This document shows positions 10,444 through 20,147 of a DNA stretch of 60,574 nucleotides, piece by piece. Each line of letters starts with the position of its first letter. Positions within the stretch are counted from its first letter, which is position 1. Source of the stretch: an uncultured bacterium (GTDB taxonomy: Bacteria; Bacteroidota; Rhodothermia; Rhodothermales; DASSAV01); contig CBDUBS010000003.1 of assembly GCA_965365445.1 (NCBI GenBank), forward strand, positions 1 to 60,574, given 5' to 3'. The notes under the pieces were generated by a model, which saw nothing but the letters and a program-made list of their open reading frames with translations, made no database searches and had not been told where the DNA came from. Made by a program: the position numbers and the translations under genes.

Positions 10444-12270
10444 TCAACCCGCCCCGGCGTATAACTCCTCGATCAGCGTGCGGTACAGTTTTTCCACAAC
10501 CTGCCGCCGCACCTTCAGGGTTGGGGTCAGCGTGCCGGCTTCCAGATTGAATTCGGCAGCCAGCAGCCGGAGCTTCTTCGGCGCCTCGAAACGGGCGAAA
10601 CCTTCCAATCGGCGGCCGACTTCCTGCTCGAAAAACGATTGCACCCGTGCATCCTGCACGGCTCGTTCCCGGTTCGAGATATCGATCCCGTTCGCCCCGG
10701 CCCAATCCTTTAGCGAGTCCCAATCCGGCGCCACCAGCATGACCGGATACGGCCGCCGGTCGCCGATCATGACCGCCTGCGCCACATAGGGCGAAGCCGT
10801 AACGTGCAGCTCGATGGGTTGCGGAGCGATGTTCTTCCCTCCGGCCGTCACGATCAAGTCCTTGATCCGGTCGGTGATGAACAGGGCGCCGCTCTCGTCG
10901 AATTCGCCCACATCCCCCGTATGGAACCACCCTTCCGGGTCGATAGCGTCTTTCGTCAACTCCGGACGGTTCCAGTACCCTTGCATCAGGCCCGGTGTGC
11001 GGGCCAGGATTTCGCTGTTCGGCCCCAGACGCAGTTCGACGCCCGGGTAAGGCACGCCGACCGACCCGAACCGGACGGCGCCGGGCCGATTGGCCGTCAG
11101 CACGGGCGAGGTTTCCGTGAGCCCGTAACCTTCGTATACGGGCATTCCGGCGGCGTAAAAAAACTGCGTGACCTCGCGCGAAAGCGGCGCTCCGCCGGAG
11201 ACGAACAGCTTGATCCGGCCTCCCGTTTGAGCGCGCAGCTTCGAGAAAACGAGGGTGTCGGCCAGCCGGTACTGCGCCCCCAGCAGCCCGCCCGGCTCTC
11301 GCCCCCGCATTCGCTCCTCCACCACGGCGGCGCCCGTCCGCATGGCCCACCGGACGATTTGTCCTCTGGCGCCTCGTGCGGCCGTGACGGCGTTGTATAT
11401 CTTCTCGAACAGCCGGGGCACCGAGATTACGGCATGAGGCCGGACCTCGCGCAGGTTTTCCGCCACCTTCTGGATGGACTCGGCATAGGCCACCGTAACC
11501 CCGGCATCCCAGTAGTAGTAATTGGCACCCCGCTCGAAGATGTGCGAAAGCGGAAGCAGCGAAAGGGCCGTTTCTCCGTTGCGTACATGCAGCGACCCGT
11601 GCTGGTCGGTCGCGGCGGCCATGTAGGCCAGGTTGTATTGCGTGAGGACTACCCCCTTCGGGGCTCCGGTCGTGCCGGAAGTATAAATGATGGTAAATAC
11701 ATCCTCCGGCTTCCTCGCGCTCCCCTTTTCCCGCAGGGTCCGTACCATCACCTCTGTTTCCGGCCCGCCCGCCCCTTCGGTCAGATCCCGGAAAGACAGC
11801 ACCTCGCCCCCTGCGTGCTCCTGCTCCAACGCCACGATCCAGCGCAGCGACGGAATCTCATTGCGCACCGAAAGCACGCTCTCCACCTGTTCACGGGTAG
11901 CCGCAAACACGAGCCGCGCCCCGGAATCCCGAAGCATGTAAGCGATCTGGTTGGCAGGAAGCGTTGGATAGACCGGCACGTCCACGATGCCCGAGCAGGC
12001 GCAGGCAAAGTCCACGATGGCCCACTCGGGGCGGTTTTCCGAGAGCAACCCGACTCGTTCGCCCGGCTCGATACCCAGTTTCTCCAGGCGGGCCGCCAGC
12101 CGCGCTACCCGCTCCTCTATCTGACGATACGTCAGATCCGTCCAGCGGCCGTCTCGTTTGTAGCGTGTGGCCGGACTCTCAGGGTAGGCGTCTACCGCAT
12201 GAAACAGGATCTTTGCCACCGTATCGCGCTCGACGGGCGACAATGGAGAAAACCGGATGGTGTTTTGCAC
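10444..12270 (-). CDS. fadD: Long-chain fatty acid-CoA ligase (AMP-dependent synthetase)
   Basis: YTSGTTGAPKG, YEGYGLTE, GWFHTGD and TPTLK motifs; start uncertain (GTG 12270 chosen). Confidence 0.9.
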   Translation of the reverse strand: MQNTIRFSPLSPVERDTVAKILFHAVDAYPESPATRYKRDGRWTDLTYRQIEERVARLAARLEKLGIEPGERVGLLSENRPEWAIVDFACACSGIVDVPVYPTLPANQIAYMLRDSGARLVFAATREQVESVLSVRNEIPSLRWIVALEQEHAGGEVLSFRDLTEGAGGPETEVMVRTLREKGSARKPEDVFTIIYTSGTTGAPKGVVLTQYNLAYMAAATDQHGSLHVRNGETALSLLPLSHIFERGANYYYWDAGVTVAYAESIQKVAENLREVRPHAVISVPRLFEKIYNAVTAARGARGQIVRWAMRTGAAVVEERMRGREPGGLLGAQYRLADTLVFSKLRAQTGGRIKLFVSGGAPLSREVTQFFYAAGMPVYEGYGLTETSPVLTANRPGAVRFGSVGVPYPGVELRLGPNSEILARTPGLMQGYWNRPELTKDAIDPEGWFHTGDVGEFDESGALFITDRIKDLIVTAGGKNIAPQPIELHVTASPYVAQAVMIGDRRPYPVMLVAPDWDSLKDWAGANGIDISNRERAVQDARVQSFFEQEVGRRLEGFARFEAPKKLRLLAAEFNLEAGTLTPTLKVRRQVVEKLYRTLIEELYAGAG

Positions 12271-12369
12271 GGCGGAAACGTTCTGATAGGGATGCCAAAT
12301 AATCGACCGCCGGCTCAGGGCGGCGCGCTGTCGGGAGAACGCAGGGTAGGCAGCCGCCACACCCGGCGA

Positions 12370-12612
12370 TCAACGCATGATGAGCGCGACATCGCCGTCG
12401 GTAAGGTCCCACGGCTCGCCGGCTTCCGGCATACACGAAAAATACCGACATTCCGCCCACGATACCATCCTCTTCACCGAGCGGCGGCACGTTTCTTCCA
12501 TACGCGGCAGGGCATGGCCGGCCCACCGCTGTACGGGAACCGACAGCAGCAGCCCCGATGCCACTCCGCCCGCGAAAGCCACCGAGGCAGGTATTACCCA
12601 GTGTCGTTTCAT
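12370..12612 (-). CDS. Small hypothetical protein with N-terminal membrane anchor
   Basis: GGAGG RBS upstream, hydrophobic AFAGGVASGLLL; lies between tetR and fadD. Confidence 0.5.
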   Translation of the reverse strand: MKRHWVIPASVAFAGGVASGLLLSVPVQRWAGHALPRMEETCRRSVKRMVSWAECRYFSCMPEAGEPWDLTDGDVALIMR

Positions 12613-12650
12613 AATCCCTCCGAACAGTACGTGAGAATGAGTTACATTAA

Positions 12651-12665
12651 TTGACCATCAGTCAA
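12651..12665. promoter_or_regulatory. Putative TetR operator TTGAC-N5-GTCAA (copy 1)
   Basis: Palindrome TTGACCATCAGTCAA upstream of the small ORF-fadD unit; same motif upstream of tetR. Confidence 0.6.
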
Positions 12666-12700
12666 TAACAACGCCGACCAACGCTCCGCCTTCTCCCTGA

Positions 12701-13336
12701 TTACTTCGGCCGGGCCCGGAGCGCCGCCGTTATGAACCCGAACGAAAACCGGATCAGCTGATCGAAATCGGCTTCGTAATGGGACTGTATATGCCGGATC
12801 GACGCAATCTGAATGACCCCGTGCATCTGCCCCCACAACATCAACGCGGTCTGGAGGGGGTCGAGGTCGTCCCGGATGCTGCCGTCCTGGATGCCGTGCC
12901 GGATTGCGCCCGCCACGAGGCGCAGGATTTCATCGCGCTCCTGGTTGCACGCCAATCCATATGGCCCCGAGGCGCTCTCCCCGTTTTGCGCCGCCTGATA
13001 CACGATCCCGATGAAATACCCCGGGTGTTCCTGGGCAAACATCACGTAAGCCTGTCCGATGGCATGGGCCTTCCGCAGCCCCTTGTCATGCTGCCCGATG
13101 GCCCCCTCGAACGACGACTTCAGCAGACGGAGCCCCCGCAGGGAGACGGCATTGTACAGGTCGTCCTTGCTCTGAAAGTAGACGTACAGCAGTCCCTTGC
13201 TGATCTCGGCGGCTTCGGCGATTTCATCCATGGTGGATGTATCGACGCCCTTCGAGAAAAATACGTTTTCCGCCGCGTCGATGATGCTCGCTCTTCGCTG
13301 AGCCTTCTCGCGCAGCCGCCGCTCGGAAACACCCAT
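12701..13336 (-). CDS. TetR/AcrR family transcriptional regulator
   Basis: HTH TMDEIAEAAEISKGLLYVYFQSKDDL. Confidence 0.95.
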   Translation of the reverse strand: MGVSERRLREKAQRRASIIDAAENVFFSKGVDTSTMDEIAEAAEISKGLLYVYFQSKDDLYNAVSLRGLRLLKSSFEGAIGQHDKGLRKAHAIGQAYVMFAQEHPGYFIGIVYQAAQNGESASGPYGLACNQERDEILRLVAGAIRHGIQDGSIRDDLDPLQTALMLWGQMHGVIQIASIRHIQSHYEADFDQLIRFSFGFITAALRARPK

Positions 13337-13350
13337 GAATACTCACTACG

Positions 13351-13365
13351 TTGACTACGGGTCAA
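13351..13365. promoter_or_regulatory. Putative TetR operator TTGAC-N5-GTCAA (copy 2)
   Basis: TTGACTACGGGTCAA, 14 bp upstream of the tetR start. Confidence 0.6.
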
Positions 13366-13435
13366 TGTACGAACTCCTTCTTCTCTCGCCCTGCGGAAAA
13401 CACCTCCTGAATACGACTGGAGGTATGCTTCACCA

Positions 13436-13963
13436 TTAATTCTCAGGCCGATGGTTATCCGCTTCTTCGAACCCGTCCGGGGCGGCTTGCAGCAGGCGCC
13501 GGACGAGCCACCGCCGGAACACTTCGGCCTCTTCTTCCTTGCCGGTCCACCGGGCCCGGTTGAACATCGTCATGGCCATCACCAAAGCGTGGTGCTGTCC
13601 GGCCCGGTCGCCGATCCGGTCGAACTGCCGGTGGAAATGATCGATCAGCCTGATGCTTTCCCGCGCCGTCCGCACATCCTTGAACCCCAGCCGCCCCGCA
13701 AAGAATCGGGAGTAGGCGTTCATCGGATTGGCCGTCGAGGTGTACAGGTCGTGGTAGCCGTTAACGTAACCGGCCTGCTGTAATACGGCCCCTACGTAAC
13801 TCGGGCGTGCATCGGTCAGGGTAGCGAGGTCCTCCACGCTGCCGATGCCGGCCATGTACAGGGATAAAATCTGCTCTTTTTTGGTGAGCCGTTTACCGGC
13901 GTCGGCCTCCTGATTTTTCTCCCCCCTTCGGCGCGCGGAAGGGGTCTTGCTCTGTATAGCCAT
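13436..13963 (-). CDS. Hypothetical protein (N-terminal HTH-like segment, DRAGQHH motif)
   Basis: 175-aa ORF with AGGAAG upstream; protein-like composition. Confidence 0.75.
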   Translation of the reverse strand: MAIQSKTPSARRRGEKNQEADAGKRLTKKEQILSLYMAGIGSVEDLATLTDARPSYVGAVLQQAGYVNGYHDLYTSTANPMNAYSRFFAGRLGFKDVRTARESIRLIDHFHRQFDRIGDRAGQHHALVMAMTMFNRARWTGKEEEAEVFRRWLVRRLLQAAPDGFEEADNHRPEN

Positions 13964-14098
13964 GCTTCCTGCTTCCATCTGTTGATATCCTGTGGATACC
14001 CCTGAACAGAGCAAAAATCGGGCCTCAAGCCATTGTAAAGGCCTGTTTTATAACATGATGACGACTTTTTATCCGTCCGTTGGCGGGGGCGCCAAGCC

Positions 14099-15694
14099 CT
14101 ATTTCAGGCGGGCGATCAGTCCCTCGTCGGCCCGAAGCATCAGCGAACCTTCGATCGGTTCCCCTTCCCGATCCATATGGGTCGTCATTACTACGGCTCC
14201 CTTGCACGAACCCAGATCGTGCTCCTGGGGCATATGCCCGAGGTTCAGCGCGATCAGGAATTCGGTTTCCTCGTGGCAGCGGGTAAACACGATCAGGTTG
14301 CCTTTCGCCTCAATGGGGGTATAGTCTCCCACGGACAGGGCTTTCTCCGCCCGGCGCAAGTCGATCAGTCTCCGGTAAAGCGCCAGAATCGAGTCGGGAT
14401 CGCTCCGGGCCGCCTCGACGTTGACGGTTTCATAATCGTCTGCAATCGGCAGCCAGGGGGAGCCGGTCGTGAAGCCTGCATTGGCCGAAGCGTCCCATTG
14501 CATCGGTGTGCGTTCGGGGTCGCGGCCCAGGCCGAGGCCCGGCACGTTCAGTTCCTGCGGGTCCTGTACCTTATCCGGTGGGATCGGCACGTCGCACATC
14601 CCGATTTCGTCTCCGTAATACATAGTCGGCGTGCCCCGCAGGGTAAGCAGGAGCATGGCGGCTACCCGGGCCTGCCCCGGCCCCACGCGCGACGCGATAC
14701 GATGCTTGTCGTGGTTGCCGAGAACCCAGTTGGGCCAGCCGTTGCGGGGTAGAGAGGCTTCATACTCCGCCACGGAGGCCGAGATGACGCGCGCATCCCA
14801 GGGCAGCACCACCAGCTGGAAGTTGAACGGCAGGTGCGCCCCCCGGTTATCGACTCCGTAGTACGTTACGAGCTGCGAAATCGGAAGGTAGATCTCGCCG
14901 ATCATCACGCGCTCGTGGTACTCGTCCATCATGCGCCGCATGGCCGCGATGACGTCATGCACGTCCGGCTGATCGGTGGAGTACACGGGCAGAAACTCGT
15001 GGTACGGGTTGTCGTTCGGCTGGAACTCCGGGTTGCGCGGGTTATCCCGGAAGCGGTCGTCCTTGAGCATATGCCAGATGACGTCCACCCGGAAGCCGTC
15101 CACTCCCTTATCCAGCCAGAAACGTATGGCCTGGAACATGGCCTCCTGCACTTCCGGGTTGCGCCAGTTCAGGTCCGGTTGTTCCTTCAGGAAGGCGTGG
15201 TAGTAGTACTGTCCGGTCTTTTCGTCCCACTCCCACCCGCTGCCTCCGAACACGCTTTTCCAGTTGTTGGGCGGCCCCCCTTCCGGGTGGGGATCCTGCC
15301 ACAGGTACCAGTCCCGTTTCGGGTTGTGCTGCGACGAACGCGACTCGATAAACCACGGATGCTGCTCGGAGGTATGGTTCGGAACCAGATCGAGCAGCAC
15401 CTTCAGGCCCATACCGTGGGCCGTTTCCAGCAGCGTGTCGAAATCGGCCATAGAGCCGAACAGCGGGTGGATTCCCGTATAGTCCGCCACATCGTAGCCG
15501 AAATCCGCCATGGGCGACGGGTAGATGGGGGAAATCCATACCGCATCCACACCGAGCCATTTGAGGTAATCGAGGCGGCTCGTGATGCCGGGCAGATCCC
15601 CGATGCCGTCCCCGTTGGAGTCCATGAACGACCGGGGGTAAACCTGGTATATGATGCCTTTTTGCCACCAGAGATGCGTCTGTTTCGATTCCAT
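14099..15694 (-). CDS. GH13 alpha-glucosidase / oligo-1,6-glucosidase family
   Basis: YQVYPRSF, DLVPNH, GFRVDV, GEIY, NHD, RTPMQW motifs. Confidence 0.92.
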   Translation of the reverse strand: MESKQTHLWWQKGIIYQVYPRSFMDSNGDGIGDLPGITSRLDYLKWLGVDAVWISPIYPSPMADFGYDVADYTGIHPLFGSMADFDTLLETAHGMGLKVLLDLVPNHTSEQHPWFIESRSSQHNPKRDWYLWQDPHPEGGPPNNWKSVFGGSGWEWDEKTGQYYYHAFLKEQPDLNWRNPEVQEAMFQAIRFWLDKGVDGFRVDVIWHMLKDDRFRDNPRNPEFQPNDNPYHEFLPVYSTDQPDVHDVIAAMRRMMDEYHERVMIGEIYLPISQLVTYYGVDNRGAHLPFNFQLVVLPWDARVISASVAEYEASLPRNGWPNWVLGNHDKHRIASRVGPGQARVAAMLLLTLRGTPTMYYGDEIGMCDVPIPPDKVQDPQELNVPGLGLGRDPERTPMQWDASANAGFTTGSPWLPIADDYETVNVEAARSDPDSILALYRRLIDLRRAEKALSVGDYTPIEAKGNLIVFTRCHEETEFLIALNLGHMPQEHDLGSCKGAVVMTTHMDREGEPIEGSLMLRADEGLIARLK

Positions 15695-15907
15695 AGTGCG
15701 CGTTGTGAAGGTTAACCGGACGCGGGCGGAGGCCGGCCTGTGCGCCCCTGCCCGGGAGGATGCATGTTAGCCTGATCCGACGCTCGTTGCTGTAATTGAT
15801 TGGTAATTGAAGTGAAGCCGGCGAGCCCCGCCCGGCATTCCGAATAAACCCTGGCGGCGCGTATATTGGGCCGTCTCGATCAGTTTCCTCCCGCCCTGAT
15901 TCGCCTC

Positions 15908-17008
15908 ATGAACCGCCGCATCGTCGTAAAAGTGGGTACGAGCACCCTTACGGGTGGGAGCAAGCGGCGGGACCGCGGCGCCATGGTCGAGCTGGTCCGG
16001 CAGTGTGCGGCTCTGTACCGGAGCGGGGTAGACGTCATTCTGTGCAGCTCCGGAGCGATTGCCGCCGGCCGGGAGCGCCTCGCCCTGTACGAACCGGACG
16101 CGTCGCTGGCTACGAAACAGATGCTCGCCGCCGTGGGGCAGAGCCGCCTCATGCACGTATGGGAAAGCCTGTTCGAGATTTACGACATCCACGTAGGGCA
16201 GGTGCTGCTTACGCGGGAGGACGTTAACGACCGGCGCCGTTTCCTCAACGCGCGGGACACCTTACAGGCCCTGCTCGAACACCGCATCGTCCCGATCATC
16301 AACGAGAACGATGCGGTAGCCACCGCCGAAATCCGCGTCGGCGATAACGACAATCTCTCGGCGCTCGTCTCCATCGTGGCCGAAGCCGACGTGCTGGTCC
16401 TGCTGACCGACCAGCCCGGCCTCTACACCGCCGACCCGCGCACCCATCCGGAAGCCGAGCTCATCCCGGAAGTCCGCGTGATCGACCAGAGCGTGCGGAG
16501 CCTGGCGGGCGGCAGTGTCAGCGGTCTGGGTGTCGGCGGGATGGCCACGAAGCTTCAGGCCGCCGATACGGCCCGCAGGGGCGGTGTGGACGTCATCATC
16601 GCGGCAGGCAACCTGCCCGGGGTGCTGGAGCGGATTGCGGCCGGCGAGCCCGTCGGCACCCGCTTCCCGGCCATCGAGACGCCCCTCGAAAACCGCAAGC
16701 GATGGATTCTGGCCGGCGCCTCCGCCAGCGGCCGCATCGTCATCGATTCCGGCGCCGTCGGGGCGCTGGTGGGGTCCGGCAGCAGCCTCCTGCCGGCGGG
16801 CATCGTCAGCGTGCACGGAAACTTCGGCCGCGGGGATACCGTCTCCATCCTCGGCCCGGCGGGCGAGGAGCTGGCCCGGGGCATCGCCCGCTACGATGCG
16901 GCGGACTTGCAGCGCATCAGGGGGCGCCGATCCGAACAGATTGCCGAAACCCTCGGCTATGCCTTTGGCCCGGTGGCCGTCCACCGCAACGACCTCGTAT
17001 TGAAATAA
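15908..17008 (+). CDS. proB: Glutamate 5-kinase
   Basis: [25 protein letters not shown]; PUA domain ending VHRNDLV. Confidence 0.96.
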   Translation: MNRRIVVKVGTSTLTGGSKRRDRGAMVELVRQCAALYRSGVDVILCSSGAIAAGRERLALYEPDASLATKQMLAAVGQSRLMHVWESLFEIYDIHVGQVLLTREDVNDRRRFLNARDTLQALLEHRIVPIINENDAVATAEIRVGDNDNLSALVSIVAEADVLVLLTDQPGLYTADPRTHPEAELIPEVRVIDQSVRSLAGGSVSGLGVGGMATKLQAADTARRGGVDVIIAAGNLPGVLERIAAGEPVGTRFPAIETPLENRKRWILAGASASGRIVIDSGAVGALVGSGSSLLPAGIVSVHGNFGRGDTVSILGPAGEELARGIARYDAADLQRIRGRRSEQIAETLGYAFGPVAVHRNDLVLK

Positions 17009-17031
17009 CCCCTGTATACCCTGGAGGACTA

Positions 17032-18297
17032 ATGAGCGACCTGCAATCCATGGGCGCAGCCGCCCGCCGGGCCGGACGTCGGCTGGCTACCTGCCCCACG
17101 GCCGCCAAAAATGCCGCCTTGCTTGCCGTGGCCGACGCCATCGAAGCCGGAGCCGCCGATGTGCTCGAAGCCAACCGGCAGGATGTAGACGCCGCCCGGC
17201 AGCGCGGCCGCAGCGACAGCCTCCTGGACCGCCTCAAGCTGGACGAAAAACGCATCGCAGCCCTCGCCGCCGATACGCGCCATGTGGCTACACTCCCGGA
17301 CCCGGTAGGCGCCGAACTGGAAAGCCGCCTCCTGCCCAACGGGATGCGCCTCAGCCGCCGCCGGGTGCCCATCGGGGTGCTTGGCGTCATTTATGAGGCG
17401 CGCCCCAACGTCACGATCGACGTGGCGGCCCTGTGCCTCAAAACCGGCAACGCCGCCATCTTGCGCGGCGGGGCGGAAACCCTTCAGAGCAACCTGGCTC
17501 TCGTCAGGACCATCCGGCAGGCCCTCGAAGCCTCCGGCCTTCCTCCGGAAGCCGTACAGTATATCGAGAACCCCGACCGCGCCCTCATCTCCCGGCTCCT
17601 CCGCCTCGATGCCTACGTGGACATGATCATCCCCCGGGGCGGAGCGGGCCTGCATCAGCTCTGCAAGGAAGAAAGCACGATCCCGGTTATCACCGGCGGC
17701 CTGGGCATCTGCCACATCTACGTGGACGCTTCCGCCGACCTCACCCGGGCCATCGACATCATCGAAAACGCCAAGGTGCAGCGCCCGAGTGTCTGCAACG
17801 CGCTGGATACCCTGCTCGTCCACCCCGAAGCCGCCCGGTCGCTGCTTCCGCCTCTATACGACCGCCTGGCCGCCCACCGGGTCGTTTTCAAGGCCGACGA
17901 CGCGGCGATGAACCTCCTCGGCGAAGCCGGGCGTCGGGAAAACGTAGAGCCGGCCGGCCCGGAGGACTTCGATCAGGAGTGGCTCTCCCTCGTGCTGGGC
18001 GTCAAAATCGTCGGCGGCCTCGATGAAGCCATCCGGCACATACAGGACCACAGCACCGCCCACTCGGACAGCATCCTGACGAACACCTGGAGCCACGCGC
18101 AGCGCTTCATCGACGAAGTCGATTCCGCCGCCGTTTACGTAAACGCCAGCACCCGCTTCACGGACGGCGGCCAGTTCGGGCTCGGGGCGGAAGTAGCCGT
18201 AAGCACCCAGAAGCTGCACGCCCGCGGGCCCATGGGGCTGGAGGAGCTGACGACCTACAAGTGGATCGGCATAGGCGACGGACACATCCGGGCGTAG
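17032..18297 (+). CDS. proA: Gamma-glutamyl phosphate reductase
   Basis: [41 protein letters not shown]; GGAGG RBS. Confidence 0.96.
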   Translation: MSDLQSMGAAARRAGRRLATCPTAAKNAALLAVADAIEAGAADVLEANRQDVDAARQRGRSDSLLDRLKLDEKRIAALAADTRHVATLPDPVGAELESRLLPNGMRLSRRRVPIGVLGVIYEARPNVTIDVAALCLKTGNAAILRGGAETLQSNLALVRTIRQALEASGLPPEAVQYIENPDRALISRLLRLDAYVDMIIPRGGAGLHQLCKEESTIPVITGGLGICHIYVDASADLTRAIDIIENAKVQRPSVCNALDTLLVHPEAARSLLPPLYDRLAAHRVVFKADDAAMNLLGEAGRRENVEPAGPEDFDQEWLSLVLGVKIVGGLDEAIRHIQDHSTAHSDSILTNTWSHAQRFIDEVDSAAVYVNASTRFTDGGQFGLGAEVAVSTQKLHARGPMGLEELTTYKWIGIGDGHIRA

Positions 18298-18347
18298 CGA
18301 CGCCTGCTGCAATCATAAATACCGATCAGGGGCTGAAACAGGCAAAT

Positions 18348-18391
18348 AAAAAGCCCGAAGCCGCCGTTTCCGGCAGAATCGGGCTTGTTTT
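18348..18391. terminator. Bidirectional intrinsic terminator (duplicated at 19912-19955)
   Basis: AAAAAGCCCGA...TCGGGCTTGTTTT. Confidence 0.7.
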
Positions 18392-18439
18392 CGGGGTGGG
18401 CGGTGAGGGATTCGAACCCCCGACCTCCTTAAGGCAGGC
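18392..18439 (-). pseudogene. Displaced tRNA-Val 3' fragment (att-like) with 5-nt deletion
   Basis: Matches 21208-21260 except for missing GCTTG (21246-21250). Confidence 0.9.
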
Positions 18440-18821
18440 AACTACATTACAAAACCCTGCTCGTAAGGTGCGGTTCAATTTTATGTGCAGGTTTTGAAGT
18501 CATTGCGCCTTTCTCCGCTGCTTCTTTTTCCACGGTTAATCAGCGTGAGTCGCCCATCCAAAGCGGCTGACTCGTAGGATCGCTACAGCCATCTGGGGCC
18601 AGGCGGTGCACTTGCCGGAGATCAAACCGTGTCGGTCGGGTGCGCTTATCGAGCAGGCGCTTGTCAACGTCGTGCTTCATTCAGGCACGCAGCCGCCCGA
18701 TCTGGAGGTTGAAATGCTCCGCGAGTCCGATCAGGTCTTTACCGGCTGCCGCCACATCACGTGTTCAAGCCGGTTGTGCCTGAAGCGTCGTTGCCCGGCT
18801 ATAACAAACCATGCGCTACCT

Positions 18822-19016
18822 TCAGATCGAACGGTTCGCGGCCTGTGCCGCACCGATCGGCTCGAGAACGTCCTGAATGGCTCTGGCTTCCGCCTCCGTA
18901 AGCTCCGTTCCGCGGCGCACTTTCGCGAATAGCGTCTGCTCCGGCATACCTGCCCGCCGGGCCACCTCCGCCAGGTTTAGCAGTGGCCGCAACTTTTGCA
19001 ATGTTTGTATGGTCAT
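18822..19016 (-). CDS. Small HTH DNA-binding protein
   Basis: LNLAEVARRAGMPEQTLFAKVRRG HTH pattern; ATGA overlap with the DUF2283 gene. Confidence 0.7.
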   Translation of the reverse strand: MTIQTLQKLRPLLNLAEVARRAGMPEQTLFAKVRRGTELTEAEARAIQDVLEPIGAAQAANRSI

Positions 19017-19252
19017 GCCGCCTGCCTGTCCTTCTTGTCCTCTATGACCTCAAAGCTATACTGTCGCTGCATCAACTCTATGTCCACACGACGGCTGGCA
19101 TGCTCAATCTCGATCTCTGAAAGACGGTTCTGCTTATCGTAAAGCAGGGTAATGTCCGGATCTTCCGTATCCACCCCTGTCTCCACCTCATACGGTGTCC
19201 GGACGAGCGTAATGTTTAATGTATCCGTATCAGGATAGTATTCGATTCTCAT
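19013..19252 (-). CDS. DUF2283 family protein (putative antitoxin)
   Basis: MRIEYYPDTDTLNI...YDKQNRLSEIEIEHAS pattern. Confidence 0.8.
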   Translation of the reverse strand: MRIEYYPDTDTLNITLVRTPYEVETGVDTEDPDITLLYDKQNRLSEIEIEHASRRVDIELMQRQYSFEVIEDKKDRQAA

Positions 19253-19255
19253 AAT

Positions 19256-19495
19256 CTACCTCTGGCGATACCTTTTCTCGAAATCACGATCAGGATAGAT
19301 CGTATGCAGGGTTTCTCCGTCCTCCAGAACAACGACGCGCACGTACTTTCCGATCTCCGGCATAAAGCCCCACAGACGATGCCGCCCGTCCGGTTGCACC
19401 TCCTTATGGACGATACCCGTCAGCATACGTTCTACCCAAGCCGTTTCGATGCCCCTCTTTATGCGCTGCGCTTCGAAATGTACGGTGGCTTTCAT
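19256..19495 (-). CDS. DUF4258-like protein (putative RNase toxin)
   Basis: HF...R.I...W, QPDGR, YVRVVVLEDGETLHTIYPDR; adjacent to DUF2283. Start is 19495 or 19501. Confidence 0.7.
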   Translation of the reverse strand: MKATVHFEAQRIKRGIETAWVERMLTGIVHKEVQPDGRHRLWGFMPEIGKYVRVVVLEDGETLHTIYPDRDFEKRYRQR

Positions 19496-19502
19496 AGACA
19501 TG

Positions 19503-19531
19503 ATATTACGATGTCATAAGTGCATTGTCAA
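19503..19531 (-). promoter_or_regulatory. Sigma70-type promoter of the DUF4258 operon
   Basis: TTGACA-17bp-TAATAT on the minus strand; GTGCAT-N13-ATGCAC inverted repeat (19520-19544) brackets the -35. Confidence 0.65.
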
Positions 19532-19750
19532 GTATATTATGCACGCGCTCCACGAGCAAGGCGGCCGTATGCCGCCGGGTAGTAGCCGGCGCCACGCGTT
19601 ATGCGGCTTCGCGCCGTTGGGCTCGTTTTTTTACGTAGGACCTGCGCGTTCCAAAAGGCAATCGCCTGGTAGACATCAAGGGCTACCGCGCCGGGGAGAA
19701 GTCCATGCCATTATACGTGAGGAAACCGCAGTGTAGGTACAGGAAGGAGC

Positions 19751-20003
19751 GCGGAAGTAGCCGTAAGCACCCAGAAGCTGCACGCCCGCGGGCCCATGGG
19801 GCTGGAGGAGCTGACGACCTACAAGTGGATCGGCATAGGCGACGGACACATCCGGGCGTAGCGACGCCTGCTGCAATCATAAATACCGATCAGGGGCTGA
19901 AACAGGCAAATAAAAAGCCCGAAGCCGCCGTTTCCGGCAGAATCGGGCTTGTTTTCGGGGTGGGCGGTGAGGGATTCGAACCCCCGACCTCCTTAAGGCA
20001 GGC
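19751..20003 (+). repeat. 253-bp direct repeat copy 2
   Basis: Identical to 18187-18439; contains the last 111 bp of proA. Confidence 0.95.
19956..20003 (-). pseudogene. Second displaced tRNA-Val 3' fragment with the same 5-nt deletion
   Basis: Same sequence as 18392-18439. Confidence 0.9.
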
Positions 20004-20147
20004 CGACAGGAGTTGTAATCATGTTCTTAAGCACAACAAAATAAATAGTATGCGCATGGTATTTTATGCGCCATATTTGATGCCGTCCGCCATACTTGCA
20101 AGAAGTGAGGAGATGCGTCTCTGCATCATCACCGCTGTTGATCCAAA

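Larger units (their letters stand above)
18187..18439 (+). repeat. 253-bp direct repeat copy 1 (proA 3' end + terminator + tRNA-Val fragment)
   Basis: Identical by inspection to 19751-20003. Confidence 0.95.

Noticed and set aside
10489-14000. Isolated DnaA-box-like 9-mers (TTTTCCACA about 10489, TGTGGATAC about 13991)
   Set aside because: Single, scattered, one inside a CDS; no cluster or AT-rich unwinding element.
18606-18932. 108-aa ORF with EQALVNVVLHS, faintly like a histidine kinase ATPase N-box
   Set aside because: Overlaps the HTH gene antisense and lacks other kinase motifs; at most a remnant.
18187-20003. CRISPR or integron interpretation of the repeats
   Set aside because: Only two long repeats; no short repeat-spacer periodicity, cas genes, attC pattern or integron integrase seen.
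19520-20075. dif/Xer-like look of GTATATTATG (about 19532) and TGCGCATGGTATTTTATG (about 20051)
   Set aside because: The XerD arm (TTATGTTAAAT) and spacing do not match; the first is better explained as a promoter/operator.
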